From the NCBI GenBank assembly GCA_964247055.1, contig OZ176051.1, forward strand, positions 6,510,001 through 6,574,000: a stretch of DNA of 64,000 nucleotides, read 5' to 3'. Both the position numbers and the translations under genes were made by a program. The notes beneath the pieces were generated by a model. The model searched no databases and was not told the DNA's origin. It saw only the letters and a program-made list of their open reading frames with translations. This document shows, piece by piece, positions 49,748-63,994 of this stretch (positions within the stretch are counted from its first letter, which is position 1; each line of letters opens with the position of its first letter). Source of the stretch: Paragordius varius. Taxonomy: Eukaryota; Animalia; Nematomorpha.

Positions 49748-52700
49748 CCATCTCCATCATCAGAATTGAACATCGCCATTGCTACAATGGACCTTTTAAA
49801 GATAAAAACATAAATATAATAATTTATAATAATATTTTATTTATCTAAAAAACTGATGTTGGCTTTCAAATAACATACATAAACTGAGGAAGCTTGCTAA
49901 CTTATAGAATTGCAGTCTATGCAAAAAAAATTATTCTCTTTTTGCACTTTTATATCAATTCTTTTATATTCTATCGATTCCCATATTATCAGATAAAATA
50001 TATATAACTTGTTGAAATAAAGTTCCAATTGTTGTGCCAAATATTCACGAGGGCAAAATGCATGTCCAGCAATGCGTAAATGGGAGAAATGGTTTAAAGC
50101 CGTACACAGTTCCGTAAGCGCAGTGTATTGAATATCAAGTCTAATTAAATATAGTGATGAATGGTTTTTAATAAACGGTCCGAACATAAATAGACATATA
50201 ATACAGTATAAATTGATATTATATATGCATACATCACGCAAATATTAAAAGACAAATTTAAGAACAGCCATATTTTTAAAATCCTGAATTTATTGAACAA
50301 ACTTAACGATTTGGGCTTCAAAACAAGGAATAGAGATAATATATTATTAATAAAAATTATATTCAAAATTTCGTTAAAAGTATATGTAGGAAAAATCAAG
50401 GTCTAAAAAGTATAATGGTCGCAATTCATTTAAGGTAAACGACGTTAATTAACACACCTGAATGTAAATGTATGCTGTAAACTAATTTAAATCAAAATTT
50501 AACCGAAAATTTTTATAATAATTTTTAAAACATTTAATTTTTGGACTTAAATTTGGGTAAAGCTTAAAATCAGACAATTTGGTTCGAAATTCGCAACAAA
50601 CATAAATTCATCTTTAAGTATACAATTTGGTCATATATATTAGTACTAAACTTTCAAAAACTATCGAGCCAAATAATTTTTGTATTATCGATGATTGCTT
50701 TTTTAAAATTAATACATATATTTATTGTAAATATAATGACTCTTACACATTGAGTTGTTCCCTATGTTTTCTATAACTCTCGCTTCCAGGTATGATGGAT
50801 GCACTAACTTTACCATCTCCTTTCAACAGTTTCGTATCAGTCGGGTAATTAAAAGTTTTTTTACCCAGCGTTCCAGTAGAATATGGTTTCAACAATATAT
50901 TTTTACCATTATTATCCTTGTTATTATTTGGAAGTCCTCTCAAGCAATTTATTTTATCAATCCCAAAAGTTGATTGGTAAATGTGAAATGCATTTTTCGG
51001 TAATGTCTATCATATTATTTGATTTATACTTTTTATAATAAATAATATTTTTAAATGTGATGATATAATTTGCACAGGCATTTTTTAATATAAATCAGTA
51101 AAATGGTTTTATTCCAATCAAATAAATTGATGTTTGTGTGTGGTTTTTAACCTAAACTTTACAAAAATCAAATATATATTTTAATATGCAACATTTTAAT
51201 TGTGCATAATAATAAAACAAATTTTGAATTATTAATAAATTTGTATAAAAATAAATTTTTCCCCTTATTTTATTCAAATAAGGCAAACCTGTTCATTCAT
51301 TAAACAATAATCTTCACAAATGTAGGCAATTAGAGTCCGTATTTCTCTGGCGATTTCCTCCAAAAATATGTTTGCCATTGTTAAACTTCGTTCCTCAATC
51401 ACACATCTCTATAAGAGTATTTTATTTATTGGATTATATTTACATTATTTATATATATGCTTATTATTTTAATCTCATTTTAATTTAAATTTTGCACTTT
51501 TTAAGGCGTAATATATATTATTTATAAACAAATCGTTTATAAATAGTGTCTAAATTAATCGTGAGAAGGATTTGTTTATCGCTAAAAATAACGTCTTGAT
51601 TACAATAAAAATTAGAAACTAATGATTATAAAATAATTTTAAGTATTGATAAAGTTGCAGTCAAGTGCTGATGATAGAATTTTAAAACGATTAATTATAT
51701 CAAACTATAAGAAAGTTACAATAACATAATAAAAACCAAAAATTTCACTTATTTTTTGCTTTATATTTTAGGATTTTAACAATTAATAAAGAATATGTAC
51801 AAAAAATATTTTTTAGCCAATTTTAAATATTTCAATCAACTAAAACAAATGTAAAAACTTCTTACCTCTTCGGGGCACATACTATTTGTATCATTCCTAT
51901 TATCGCATGCATAAACGAACTGCGCGCACAAAGCCGGAAAAGCTATGGTAAAACGCATTTGGGGTGGAAACTCTAGACCAGCTCGGAAATGTTCTTCAAA
52001 AAGGACAGGATAAAAGCTAAAAAAATTGAAATATGAAGGAAAAATAGCAAAAATTTAACGTTGGTAAATAATTAGAGTTGATTAGAGTAAGATTTTTTTT
52101 CAAGAGTTGTAAAAAGATATTGAAATTCTAATTGTTAAGGGACTATAAACTATTTAAAGTGCTTTTATGTAAACATAATTTTGATATGCGATATAAATAT
52201 CAATGATCATAATAGTATAATTTTCGGTTTATATTTGGCATTAAATTTTTTATGAAAATATTTAGTTAGAAAATAATTAAATGAGAAATAGTCACAAATA
52301 AATATATTTTAATAATTTTTGTTTGATCAAAACGTAACTATTTTGTCCAAATACTTATAAATATTCTTAAAAAATATTAACCATGGTTAATTTCTTCAAC
52401 TTTTTATAAAATTACCATTTAGCCCATCAAATTTACAAACAGATTATTTATTATAAAATGCAGCATTTCCACCTTAAAGCATGATAAAATAAATTTTTCA
52501 AGATGAAAAACTTTAATTTATTCAAATCTCAAAAATTATAAAACTCACCAAAGAACAGAAAGATCTCCGGCGTCCAGCAATAAAGGTAGCCTTGTATCCC
52601 AAAACACGATATTGCTTTTACTATCTCGCTCAACATATAATTCATTATCAATAATTGGGCCACCACGCATTAATAGGGTTGACGTTCTCCTAGGTCCATT

Positions 52701-55700
52701 ATGTTGTTGGTTTTCAGTTGACAAATCCTGGAAAAAAAAAAGATTATTACACAGTAAAAATTAAATAAAATTATGATGAAAAGAAGATCAAAAAAACATA
52801 AAATATTAAATAAAGATTATAAGGTTAATTTTCATTAATATAATCTATAAAAACAATATAAAAACATAGAAAGAGACAAAATAAACTAATGTATTGCAAT
52901 TTTTTGATAAAAAAATATATTTAATGCCTATACATAACCTATATACTGAAATATTCTACCAATAAGAAACTCCATCGTAATCACAAAAGTTATATAAAAA
53001 ACAACAGTTTTTCTGTAAAAAAGTCCCGTCCTATAATTTTATGTACTTTTTTTACTTTTAATCAATATTAACAATATTTTTACCGTGTTATGATTGGTAG
53101 TGGTTCCATAAAAGTTGGTATTATTATTAATATTATTGAAAGTGCCATGCATTTCCGAACCCAAAACACTTGATAAAGTATAAGCCGGAATAGGTGTCGT
53201 TTGTAAACCAGTCAGAGTTCTGAAATGAAACATTATTGTATTCATGTGTTGAATTAATTGGATAAATTGATTGAAAAGTTGCAGTCCAACATTACATTTT
53301 TCAGTTGAGGTATTATTTGCGTTGAAAGCGTGTTTGCTTATAATTGTTGACATTAAAGATAAAGAGTGGTTGATACCATTACGATGATTATCTTTCAAAT
53401 GAGAACCGAGAGATGATTTGTAATAATCGAAATTCGAACTAGTCGTCACCATACCAGATAAGTTTAAACTTAGACACTAAATTTTAAACATAAATGACAA
53501 AATATAGGAAGAATAAAAAAATTATAGAGTTTCTTTTTGCCCTTTTAGTCATAAATGGTAGGCAATAATTGTATTATCTAAGATCATAAAGTTTCAAACT
53601 CCTCACATTGTTGTAAAAAGTTTGGATCTAAAATCTGACTTACAATTTTATGAAGAAATTCATAATATTTTTACAAATAAATTTACCATTTATAAAAATT
53701 AATCACTCACCTGTAAACGAATCCAATCAAGTTTACATCCTTCTATGGCAGCAAACACATTCAAATCGGCCATATTCAAACTGTTTTTATTTATTATATT
53801 CCCGACAAAGTTATTATTGTTACTACTGTATTGACTATTTCGATCTGAGGATTTATTTGGATGATTACTAGCCAATTGATTTATTCCATCTCCTTTTATA
53901 CTGCCATTACCATTATTGTGATTGCTTCGTCCACAGTGTAAGGAATTACGAAATGCCGTACTTGTCTTGAAATGAATACTTTCAGAATTATAATACATTA
54001 ATGGATGTACCATACTAAAACAAAACAAAATATAATTTATAGTTAAATTTTTTGGTGGAAAATGAAATAAAAAAAGTAAAGGGAAAGAAAATAAACTTTA
54101 TTATTATATCAAAATATTCTTAGTTGATTATCAAACCAATTAAATTTCAATTTGTCAAAAATTATTATTTTATATAGCTAATAATAGAATTAAAAGGTGA
54201 TATATATATATATATATGTATTAGAAATTAGACTTTTTATAAAAAAATATAAGATTTTCAACAAGTAAATGGAAATATTTTAGATAATTTAGGCATTGAT
54301 TGTGGAAAGTGCCGATGTTTCAAAAAAAACCAAGTAAAATAAATATTTGTTTACTCTAAAAAAGGTTATAAAATACTTCATAATTTGTTCATCTTTTTCC
54401 ATATTATTATTATGATTATTAGACTGATCTGTGATTAAACCATTTTGAGCGTTAGGCGTAGAATTTGAATTTAAAGATTCGCAAATATTAGTCATTAAAT
54501 TTAGGGGTGGTTTCCAGCTTACATCAATATTGTACACATCTTTAGTTAGCACATTCAACAATGAATCAAATATGGTGGTTTCATATGAATTACACAATGA
54601 TTGAATATTCTAATGTGTATGTGATAAAAAAATATTATTTGACACTAAAGAGCTAATAATTGTTTAAAACAGGGTGTTCACAACAAAAATATTTTTGGGA
54701 CTACTTTAATAACTTTTTTGGTTATTTTGAGCCGAATGTTGGAAGATATATCTTGTAAAAATGTAATGGTAAATTTTTTTTGGATTGAAATCCATTTTTT
54801 TTATTTTTTTTAACATTTTTAAAAGTACTTTAGAACACCAAAAAAAGCATGTTGGACATCCGTTTAAAATAATAATTATAATTTTGGAAAAGTTAAATTT
54901 TTTGCAAAAAAAATGTAAAAAAGAGACCTTATACAAGCTAGCAAATAGGGCTGCATCATAACCGGATAAATATTCGGCAAAATAGCGTTGAACCAATCTC
55001 TTGTGATTTAATACCAATCCTATGTATGTCATAAAATAGTATATTAGCATTAAAAAAATGAATAAAAAATTCATTTTTTTTAAAATTTACAGGCAGGCAT
55101 CGAATTATTTTGATTAGAAATACAAATAAAGGAAAAATAGAGATGTAAGTCTCAGAAAAATTGACAATGTGTACTTTTCTTTACATCTCCTAAAGAAATT
55201 CATTTATGATTCAATATAAAAACAATATTAAGCTTGGTATACTTTAAAAAATAAATTTACTAAAAAATACATTCTTCTGTTTTTTAAATACTAAAATGGT
55301 TCGATTCCATTTTTACTGATATATATGAATAACAATAAGCGAAAAAATTAGAATCCAAATTAAAATTAAAATATTCTAAACGTAATACCTTTTAATTCTT
55401 CCATGCAAAAAAGTAATTCCGGCAATATCCTACCTTGATAATCTTCGCGACAAACTTTTTTATGACAGGAATTGAGCCAAGAGGATACATTACTGTTTAC
55501 CCATGGATTTACTGTTACATTGCTTTTTATTGTTAATATTGAGAAATTTTATTTAAGTATTTGGAAATATATTTTAAGGCTTAAACCAGTAATAATTTCA
55601 TTTTAGAACCAATAAACCAAATTCATTATAATTTATACATTTAGTTCCAAAAAAACTCAATGCACTAAAGATATTGAAACACCCAGAGTTAAAGATCCAG

Positions 55701-57390
55701 ACAGCAAAATTTTCTACCATTCGAGTATTTTGCATTTTCTGATTTTTGATATCATTACAGTAAATCGGAATAGATTACTTTACCTAAGATTTTTTTCTAA
55801 TTTGATTTTTTATATTTATGCTTCCTCTTTATCAAAATTTAACTAAAAATAGGTTCCTTTAATATATATGCCGATTTGTAACGTATTATTTGAAGAGTAA
55901 TTAAAAATCTAAAAATGCATACTAATATGTTTTACATCGATAGTTAATAAAGAAATTAGTATTTGATAAACCCGCAAAGCGAGAGCGAATTTCTAAATTA
56001 ATATATTTATAAAACTATAGATGCCGATTAATGTCTAAAGATAACATAAAAATTTTTTTAATAAAAACACATATTTATTTTTTATGTCGTTTATAACATC
56101 CATTTTTTAATTTTTAGTTTTTAAATTTAAAGATTTTTTAAAATTTTATAGTAATGTAACTCTAATAATTATATTAAAATAATTTATATGATTATTAACT
56201 TAGTTTATTGGTTTTAACTTATTTATGGGTTGATTTGACAATGTATATCCAAATAACCTTTTAATTAGATTGATTCAAATGACTAACTACCATTCAAAAG
56301 ATCCAATTTTTTCACTCTTTGGAATGCTATTTATGAACTTTAATTAATAATTTTTAATTTACAGGAAGCACTTAACAATAGTCAAAATATGTTGTCTAGT
56401 ATAAATTATTTCATAAAAGCTGCATTTATAAAAATAAAATAAAGCGTTTAAATATTATTATATTTTACCAATCAAGGTAGATAAATTCTTAATTAAATTT
56501 CAAATATAAGCAAACATCCTATTATTGTTTATGCATTTTTAAATTCAATTAGAAACTTTTAAATGTATCTTAATAACATTCTGAGTGGGTAATTAATCTT
56601 AAAATAAAAAAGAAATTATAAAATAAAAAAAAATCCAATAAAAACGCATATTCATCAAATAAATGTCATATATATATTTATATATATATAAACTTTAATC
56701 CTTGGCATGTATAATGGTTTAAAGTAGGTGACCAAAAATAAATGATATTAAATGGTGTAGGAGGACATAACAACATTCCGTTAGAAACTACACTTCCCAT
56801 ATTATTTGGTGCTACGCTAAAATTTGGATTATTTTGATTTCCAGTATTGGAATTTAGCGAGGCAGTAAGACCCCCATTAAAATTTGTTCCATAACTGCTG
56901 TTGTTGTTTTTGAGTGAAGGGAATAGAAAATTATTTTCTCCACTCAGCATTGTATTATTACCAGCCCCAGAGGTGGTATTTGAACTACCAAAATATTTGG
57001 CAATATAATCTTGATGTCGAATAAGGTAACGAATTTCATCCCTTGCCCATGATATGGCCATAAAAACGTATGGGCACTGTGTTGATATATAATGTATAAA
57101 AAATATAATTTGGTTTAGATAATTTGTGTTTTTTTATTTATAAATATATATATTTATTAAATTAATTTAAGAAAATTAAAGCTAAAATGATTTATTGGAT
57201 CCTGGGGTAAATTTATATATATATATATATATATAATTAATGGCTAAAAGGATAAAATTTATAAAATATCAATATTTATCAAAAAAGATTATAGATAATC
57301 AAGCAAATACCAAAAAAATCTAAAACATTTTATTTTGCTAAAATATGAATAATAAATTCTATTCTAAATTAAGATTTTTTCAATCTTATA

Positions 57391-57423
<33 letters not shown>

Positions 57424-59904
57424 CTTTGGGGCCTAGTAAGGCAGGTTGATCGGTAAATACTTGTATAAGTTCTTTAAGAGCAACACGTAAGTATTTGCGT
57501 TTTTCTCGTCGAATTTTGACTCTATATGTCAGTTAAATAATAGTTTAATTTTAAAAAATATTTGTTCTATCAACGAAAATAAAATTTTTTCAAAAAATAA
57601 AATAAAATTACGTTTCATTTAGCGCGATGGACAGACATTCCTTGACTTCAGTTATCCGTTTTCCAAAACTAAAAACATTTGTATATTATTATACGCAAAA
57701 AGCAATAAGCAATATTATTTTATATGTTTGGTGGAGAAAATAAATATAATTTTTTTATTATAACTCACTCTTTTAATTCATATAAATAATTATATACCAA
57801 ATTATTCATATGAATAGTACATATAGCCAAGCAAACAATCATATTTTAATCAAAAAATAAATCTTTTAATTTAAAAAAAACTTTTTCAAATAAAATATTT
57901 TGAACTGCAAGTATACTAATGGGAAACTAAATGCCATAATGTTGGCATAATCACCCTTTTTATAATGAAATTTATATTTTCTTATTCAATTCAACTATTC
58001 ATTTTAATATTATTCTACAAATATAAAAATGAAACAAATATTAATTTTCTAACATTTGGCTCCTTATAGAGACTCTGAAAAAAAACTAGTAAACGCCGTT
58101 TATTTTAAAAAGGGGTGTCAGACCCAATGTTCTCTAGAAACAATACTTTTTAAACCATTAGTAATATACTCAATTCGAATAAATAGCTAAATTAATTTTG
58201 GTAAAAGATAATAGACTTTTTTGACCATCAAAAAATTTAAGATGATAAACTGCAGGTATTGTACCTAGTTTTAAAAAAAACCAAATAAATCTTTGACAAA
58301 AGTTATATAGTTAAAACATTTGAACCGCAATATAAAACTCTACCACCAAACAACTCCTAAATAACTAGCTTAAAGCTTTTGCAAATCAAAAAAAATGAAA
58401 TACCCCTTTTGCCCATCAAAGTGTTGAAAGATGAGAGGATAAATATTTAAACATTCATCTCGAAACAGTGAAATAACTACATTGTTACGCAATCCCAGCA
58501 TCCAAAGATCCCACCAAGGATTATTACTTAATGTATTGTTGTTGCTTCCTTGATTATTTTCTCCGTATAATGCAGTATTGAGCGCACTTAAAGACTGGCC
58601 TAAAATATTTGAATTGATTATAAAATTAAAATAAATATAAAGCAAAAAATTATAAATTATATACGACATTAATAGATTCACCTGAAATATTTAATAGTTT
58701 TGAGTAAAAAAGAATCTAAATATAAATTTTTATAAATTAATTAAAATTAGTATAAAAATTAAAATGTAAAATGCCACAATAGAGATTAACCTAAAATAAT
58801 TAATAATTTATCGAAACGCTTAATTAAGATATACAAATACATTGTTGTATATGGCTATGGGTATCATCTTTTAATATACAGTATGCATTTTAATGATTGC
58901 TTATTTATAGTAGGGTCACAGTAGTGTATCGAAAAAAAGAAAGAATCAACATTTTAGCTTTTTTCATATCACTAATGTAATTGCCCAACTATAGTGTGTA
59001 TTAAGGAACCATTAAAATGCATAATATTTGCAGAAAATATATATCGAATGAGTAAAATTTTTATAATTTATCCATCTAATTATAGGGCATGAGGGTTAAA
59101 TGGTGATTGTTTGTCTATATTCTGTGAGTGATAGAACCTTTAGATATATTTGAACTAAAACTTAAATATTAAATACAGTAATAATTATGCTTAATATATT
59201 CAAAGTACAAAAGTAAATAATTGGGACGATTATGCAATGCATATGACCAAAATCTATAATTTATTAAATTTTAATGTAATAAATATTTAATTCCATATTT
59301 TAAATATGTCTTGAAAAAAAGGTTGTAATATAAATATATATATTTTAAAAAACGATAATCAATATCTACGTAGAAAGGATATTTTTTTAACTCAAACTTA
59401 AATTAAATAATTTATATCAAAACTTTTTTTGCAAAAATCTCACCAATTTTCCAACCCTCAGGGAAATAATTATTATTAAGAATTGCTGGTTGACAAACTA
59501 ACCCAATCATTAAAATCCACTGTTCCAAAGTTTCTAATGGCAGATATTCACATTGAATCTACAATGCAAATAACACTCAAATATTAATAAATGAACATAG
59601 ATATTTTAAATTTCGAATATGATTTTACAGTATGCATTTTAATGGCTGCTTATATCACACTATCGTAGGGCGATTTGCAACACAGTAGTATATGGGAAAA
59701 ACAACAAAATGTTGAATTTAGAATTATTTCCTTCCATACAATACTGGGTTGCGAATCGCCCTACTATAGTGTAAAATAAGCAACCATTAAAATGCATACT
59801 GTGAAATCACCATGTGATTTTATTTAATCATAATTAAGGTTGTGGTAGTCTTGAAAATCATCTATAGTTTTTACATTTCATACTTATTAATATTTAATAA
59901 AAAA

Positions 59905-59970
<66 letters not shown>

Positions 59971-62900
59971 TTAAAATTCACCCTCGAACAATAATTCACC
60001 CTAAAAATAAATTATGTGTTTTCGAACTAATATAACTCGGTATTAATATGAAATATATCTTTATGGCATAGTTTATTATTTTTTATGTATCATTTTAATT
60101 TAAAACAAAATTTTATTTTTTAGAAAAATATTTGAAAATATAGGTCATTTTTAATTTAAAAAAAAATATAATTTTTTGAGGGTGAATTTGAATTGTTTAA
60201 GGGTAAATTTGAATTGTAATATTACCGTAAAAGATGTTACAGGACTTTGGAGTGTTTTGAGTTGTGTTGAATCATTACGCATTAAATGTTCATTGGTAGT
60301 GGATATAAGGTTACCTCCACCCAGTGTAACATTGCAATTCTGAGCATTTGCTATGATACTTAATGCATTAGCGTTTCTCCACTCCTTTGTATTAATAAAA
60401 AATTAATTAAAGCGTTTAAAATTGTTATTCCCCGTAAAAAGTTAAAATTGAAATTGTATTAAATTATTAAAAATTACAAATATAAAATTTATTGAAGAAA
60501 CCATAAGGACAGAAAATGACGATTTTTTCGAGAAAATTAACATTTGATGACCTTACAACTACTATCATGTAAGATAAATTCAAAAATTTTAAGCTTTTAA
60601 GCGCATTACTTAAAGGGTTAATAAAAAATTTAAATCGCCAATATAACTGGTATATTAGGTATTGTAATCAGAAAATAATTTAATTGAATGGGAATAATAT
60701 ATATATATATATATATATATATCAAGAAAAGATTAATTTTATCAGCTGTTTATTTTAATTTTTGGCCTTTTTCCCAAATTTCAAAACTTAAAAACGGTAA
60801 AAAATATACTTTTATATAATTTTGTAATTATTCATTAGCAAAAATACATTTTAAAATAAAATAAAAAATTTTAATTTCGGAGGCATCCAGTGATGCAAAT
60901 TAAATAAAAAAAATATAAATAAATAAATACTTGGGCAGTCACATTTCTTCTCAAAAATAAATCAACTAAACTTTCCAATTGTATGACAGTGTTATCTTTT
61001 GTATCATTGAGACCACTAATAATTTGAGTGTATAATTAATTAACAATTAAAAGCATTAAAATTTTACAAAAAAACATCAGTAGAATTTGTTTAAGAAAGA
61101 TTTTGATACTAAAGAACGAAAATTAAAAAATAATTCATTTTATTATTTGGATAATGCCATAAATCTTTTTCTATGCCAAATATACTAATTAATTTATTTT
61201 ATAATATAGGGAAAGTGTACATAAAAACCATAAACTCAATTTTCAGAATGTTTATTTCAAAATCAATAATTCTCATATATTTCACATATAAAGTACTTTC
61301 CTAAAGGTGTAAGAACATAGCTAATTAAATGGTTTTATATTAACATTATTAACTTAATTGTTGTAACATAAAAATAATTTTATAATTGGTGTTTATATAA
61401 AGTCTTACATTTTTAGATCGGCAAAAAACTAGGAAAGTTTAATTTGGTTTATGCTATAATTTTATGAAAAACCATTTTGGATTTTGTTTTTATTAAATTA
61501 AAAGGCTGCATTGGAATTATTGAGATGAGATGGGTAGTCTAACTAGCATGTTTCATATATGTTCAATCTATGGCCTATAAGTGTCAGGGTTACAAATTTA
61601 CATGTTTTTTAAATGCTTTTTCCCACTCGGTGAGCTATTTTATTTCAACAAATTTTATTAAATAATTTATTAAATACGCGTGGTTATGTTGAGTTTATGC
61701 CTACTGATATCAAAGGATGTCTACTAGGGCCTAAACTTGGTCTGATTTTTCATCTAATATTATTTACTCTCTTGTATTGAAAATTACCTTCGGGTTACAG
61801 TAAGCCCTATCAGAATCGATACCAAGAAAAATAATTATAGAATTATTATGGTACAACAATGTAAACGAATATACAATTTTTCAAAATATTTGTTTTATAA
61901 TATTTTATATAAATATTATTTCTTTTGTGTTTAGTTAATCCGGTGAAAAAGATATAACGATGTATCAAAAATTTTATATATATTTATTTTAATTTAATGA
62001 TTTTACGAGACTTGCATTATCATTACATAAAATATTCGTTCTCGTTGACAATATTAAATATATAATGTTATTATATAAAAACTCAATTAGTGTTTTCTTA
62101 CACCTAAAGACAAATCAGAAAATTTAGTATTAATACCAGTTTACACCATGGTTCAGTCTTAAGCTCACTACTTTTCATAACTAAAATAGATTTTACAAAA
62201 CATATATTAGAGAAACAATACCATACTTAAACTATCTCGTCTAGGCCACAAATCCCTTATAAGGTTAAATCAACTACAATAATATGGTGCAAAAATCAAT
62301 AATACAAACCAAACCAGAATCTTAACAGGCAATAATTATATACCTTCCAAGTTTTAAAGTTCAGTGTGCGCAACAGAGGTGAAACTAAACCCAATCACAT
62401 GTACGAAATATGCAAGAATTCTTCAAAAAATACTTTAATATAAAAGAAAAACTATTGACGAAGGGGTTTCATATATCGTTTATAATTTCAGTTAATATAT
62501 ATTACTTTCAATTTTTTCTATTGAATTTTCGTTTATCATTATCTTACGCATTTAACAACTGTTATTACATAACATAATCAATTCGTGATTTACATTACAA
62601 AATTAATTTCAATTACAAACTATGTATTCATTAATACTATCGTTCAAAAATGGATATTAAATATATGATAAAAATAACCCAAAAAATGTATGTATAAATT
62701 CCTTTACTTGATATGATTGTCAAATCCTTGTTGTCCCAGCGGGAGTGAAGATGTGTTTGCGAAAAAAGTTTGTAGAATAGTTTTACTGTGTGGATGTAAT
62801 TCCTCTTGCAACTTTCGTAAAGCAAGCATACAATCTCCATTAACTCCGCCATATTCATGGATGATTTGAGCTAATCTGTGGTATTTGTTTAGTGCCGATG

Positions 62901-63994
62901 GTCCCATCTCATCTAATTCGTCTGAGGAAGTAAAAAATTATTTTGAGACAATAATATTGATTATAGATAAAAGAAAGGAGGGGTCTTTTATTTGGTTGAT
63001 ATCCAAAAAAACATAAATCATTTATACACTCCAAATTCTAAAGTTTAAAGTGTACCTTTGTTTTACGAAAATCATAATTGATTTGTTATAAATTTGACAA
63101 CAAATTCTTCAAAACTCTATTGAAATTTACATTATGATGATAGCTTCGGTTTTTTGAAAAAACGGCAAATATTTTGGACTAAATTCCCAAATAAATTTTA
63201 TAAACATTTATATCAAATTCTCATAATTAAATTAAGTGGGTTATCGTTTCAAATTGCAATCTCATCAAGCAAATTGAAAATTTTAGAATAAATAAAATGA
63301 AATTCGTCGGCCTTACGAATCCCTTTATATAAAATTAAATAAAATAGCAGTAATGCAATATACTTTCTCAGAATTGTATTATTATTATAAAAACTATTAT
63401 TATATTAGTGAAAATATGGAAAAGCGATTAACTCTAATATAGGGAAAAAACCAACATGTGGTTGCAATTAAACATGTTACTTACTATATCTTTTAAAATC
63501 AAATTTATTGAGTTAATTATGGGCTAGCATTTTGAACCATACGCTACTGTAATCATATATTTATATTAAAATCGTAAAAACTTGATGTAAAAAGAGAAGA
63601 AACTGCATATTTAAATACTAATAATAGTATTGAAATTTATTTTGAGTAAAAATCGGAAACAATAAAAAAACTAAAAACAATATATGTTTCGATTTGTATG
63701 GACATTCATTTTTATATCAAGATAAATAAGAATTTTATAAAATTATACCAATAAATGAATGATCGCCCCTATCATTTAAGCAACGGAGTGCAGAAGGTTG
63801 AGGTCTTCTATGTTGAATTGTATTAGTCGAACCATAAATAGAACAAATATCATTTTGTATCAGAGCTAATTCCCGAGCAATGTGATAACAAGCAAGCAGA
63901 CATTTTTTATCTTGAATCGAAACGATTAGGAAAACCAGCGAACAATAGGTATAAATTAGATCCAGGTACAAACGAGTTAAATCAAATGTTAGAG
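44994..63994 (-). CDS. NCKAP1: Nck-associated protein 1 (Nap1/Hem-2/Kette; WAVE regulatory complex); 5' part lies beyond the window
   Basis: About 30 phase-compatible exons are colinear with the NCKAP1 sequence as I recall it. Examples: [14 protein letters not shown] (63.9 kb), [12 protein letters not shown] (62.8), [13 protein letters not shown] (60.9/60.4), [13 protein letters not shown] (59.5), SLFRDE (58.4), DQPALLGPK (57.4), [13 protein letters not shown] (57.0), [13 protein letters not shown] (54.9), LDWIRLQ (53.7), MCPEER (51.8), PREYL (50.0), [26 protein letters not shown] (49.1), [11 protein letters not shown] (47.7), ERMKEFLA (45.5), [11 protein letters not shown] (45.0). Stop at 44994-44996. 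Confidence 0.95.
45922..46150. mobile_element. hAT MITE family F, reverse orientation
   Basis: Ends CAGGAGTC / GCGACCCTG. Flanks are GTTTAGAG and GATTAGAT (6/8). The ATATGGGCA motif is on the minus strand. Confidence 0.65.
47338..47619. mobile_element. MITE family B with three 21-bp subterminal repeats per end
   Basis: TATA|CCATTTACAATTCAAATTCACCC... on the left. On the right, GGGTGAATTTGAATTGTTCAA-type units lie at 47558, 47579 and 47600, ending GAACTAATGA|TATA. Confidence 0.85.
54670..54861. mobile_element. hAT MITE family F-related, 192 bp
   Basis: Perfect 8-bp duplication GTTTAAAA at 54662-54669 and 54862-54869. Ends CAGGGTGTTCACAAC / GTTGGACATCC. Confidence 0.7.
58879..59024. mobile_element. 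Foldback MITE family E
   Basis: TA|CAGTATGCATTTTAATGATTGCTTA ... TAAGGAACCATTAAAATGCATAAT. Colinear with 59628-59801. Confidence 0.75.
59628..59801. mobile_element. Foldback MITE family E (174 bp with ~70-bp arms)
   Basis: The left arm cagtatgcattttaatggctgcttatatcacactatcgtagggcgatttgcaacacagtagtatatggg closely matches the reverse complement of the right arm. Confidence 0.88.
59908..59967. repeat. (TA)n microsatellite, the longest in the window
   Basis: About 60 bp of pure TA repeat. Other runs lie at 1095, 2571, 18206, 34163, 49401, 49702, 57394 and 60698. Confidence 0.95.
59968..60219. mobile_element. MITE family B adjacent to the (TA)n run
   Basis: AAATTCACCCTCGAACAATAATTCACCCTAAAAATAAATTATG ... 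GAGGGTGAATTTGAATTGTTTAAGGGTAAATTTGAATTGTAA. Interior is colinear with 47338-47619. Confidence 0.8.

Noticed and set aside
54706-55074. 122-aa ORF read as one NCKAP1 exon
   Set aside because: Only ~54930-55016 is coding. The rest is intron plus an inserted hAT MITE.
61650-62460. Possible LINE reverse-transcriptase relic (GCLLGPKL and YKTYIR at a plausible spacing)
   Set aside because: There is no YADD motif and the frames are full of stops. The similarity is too weak without a profile search.
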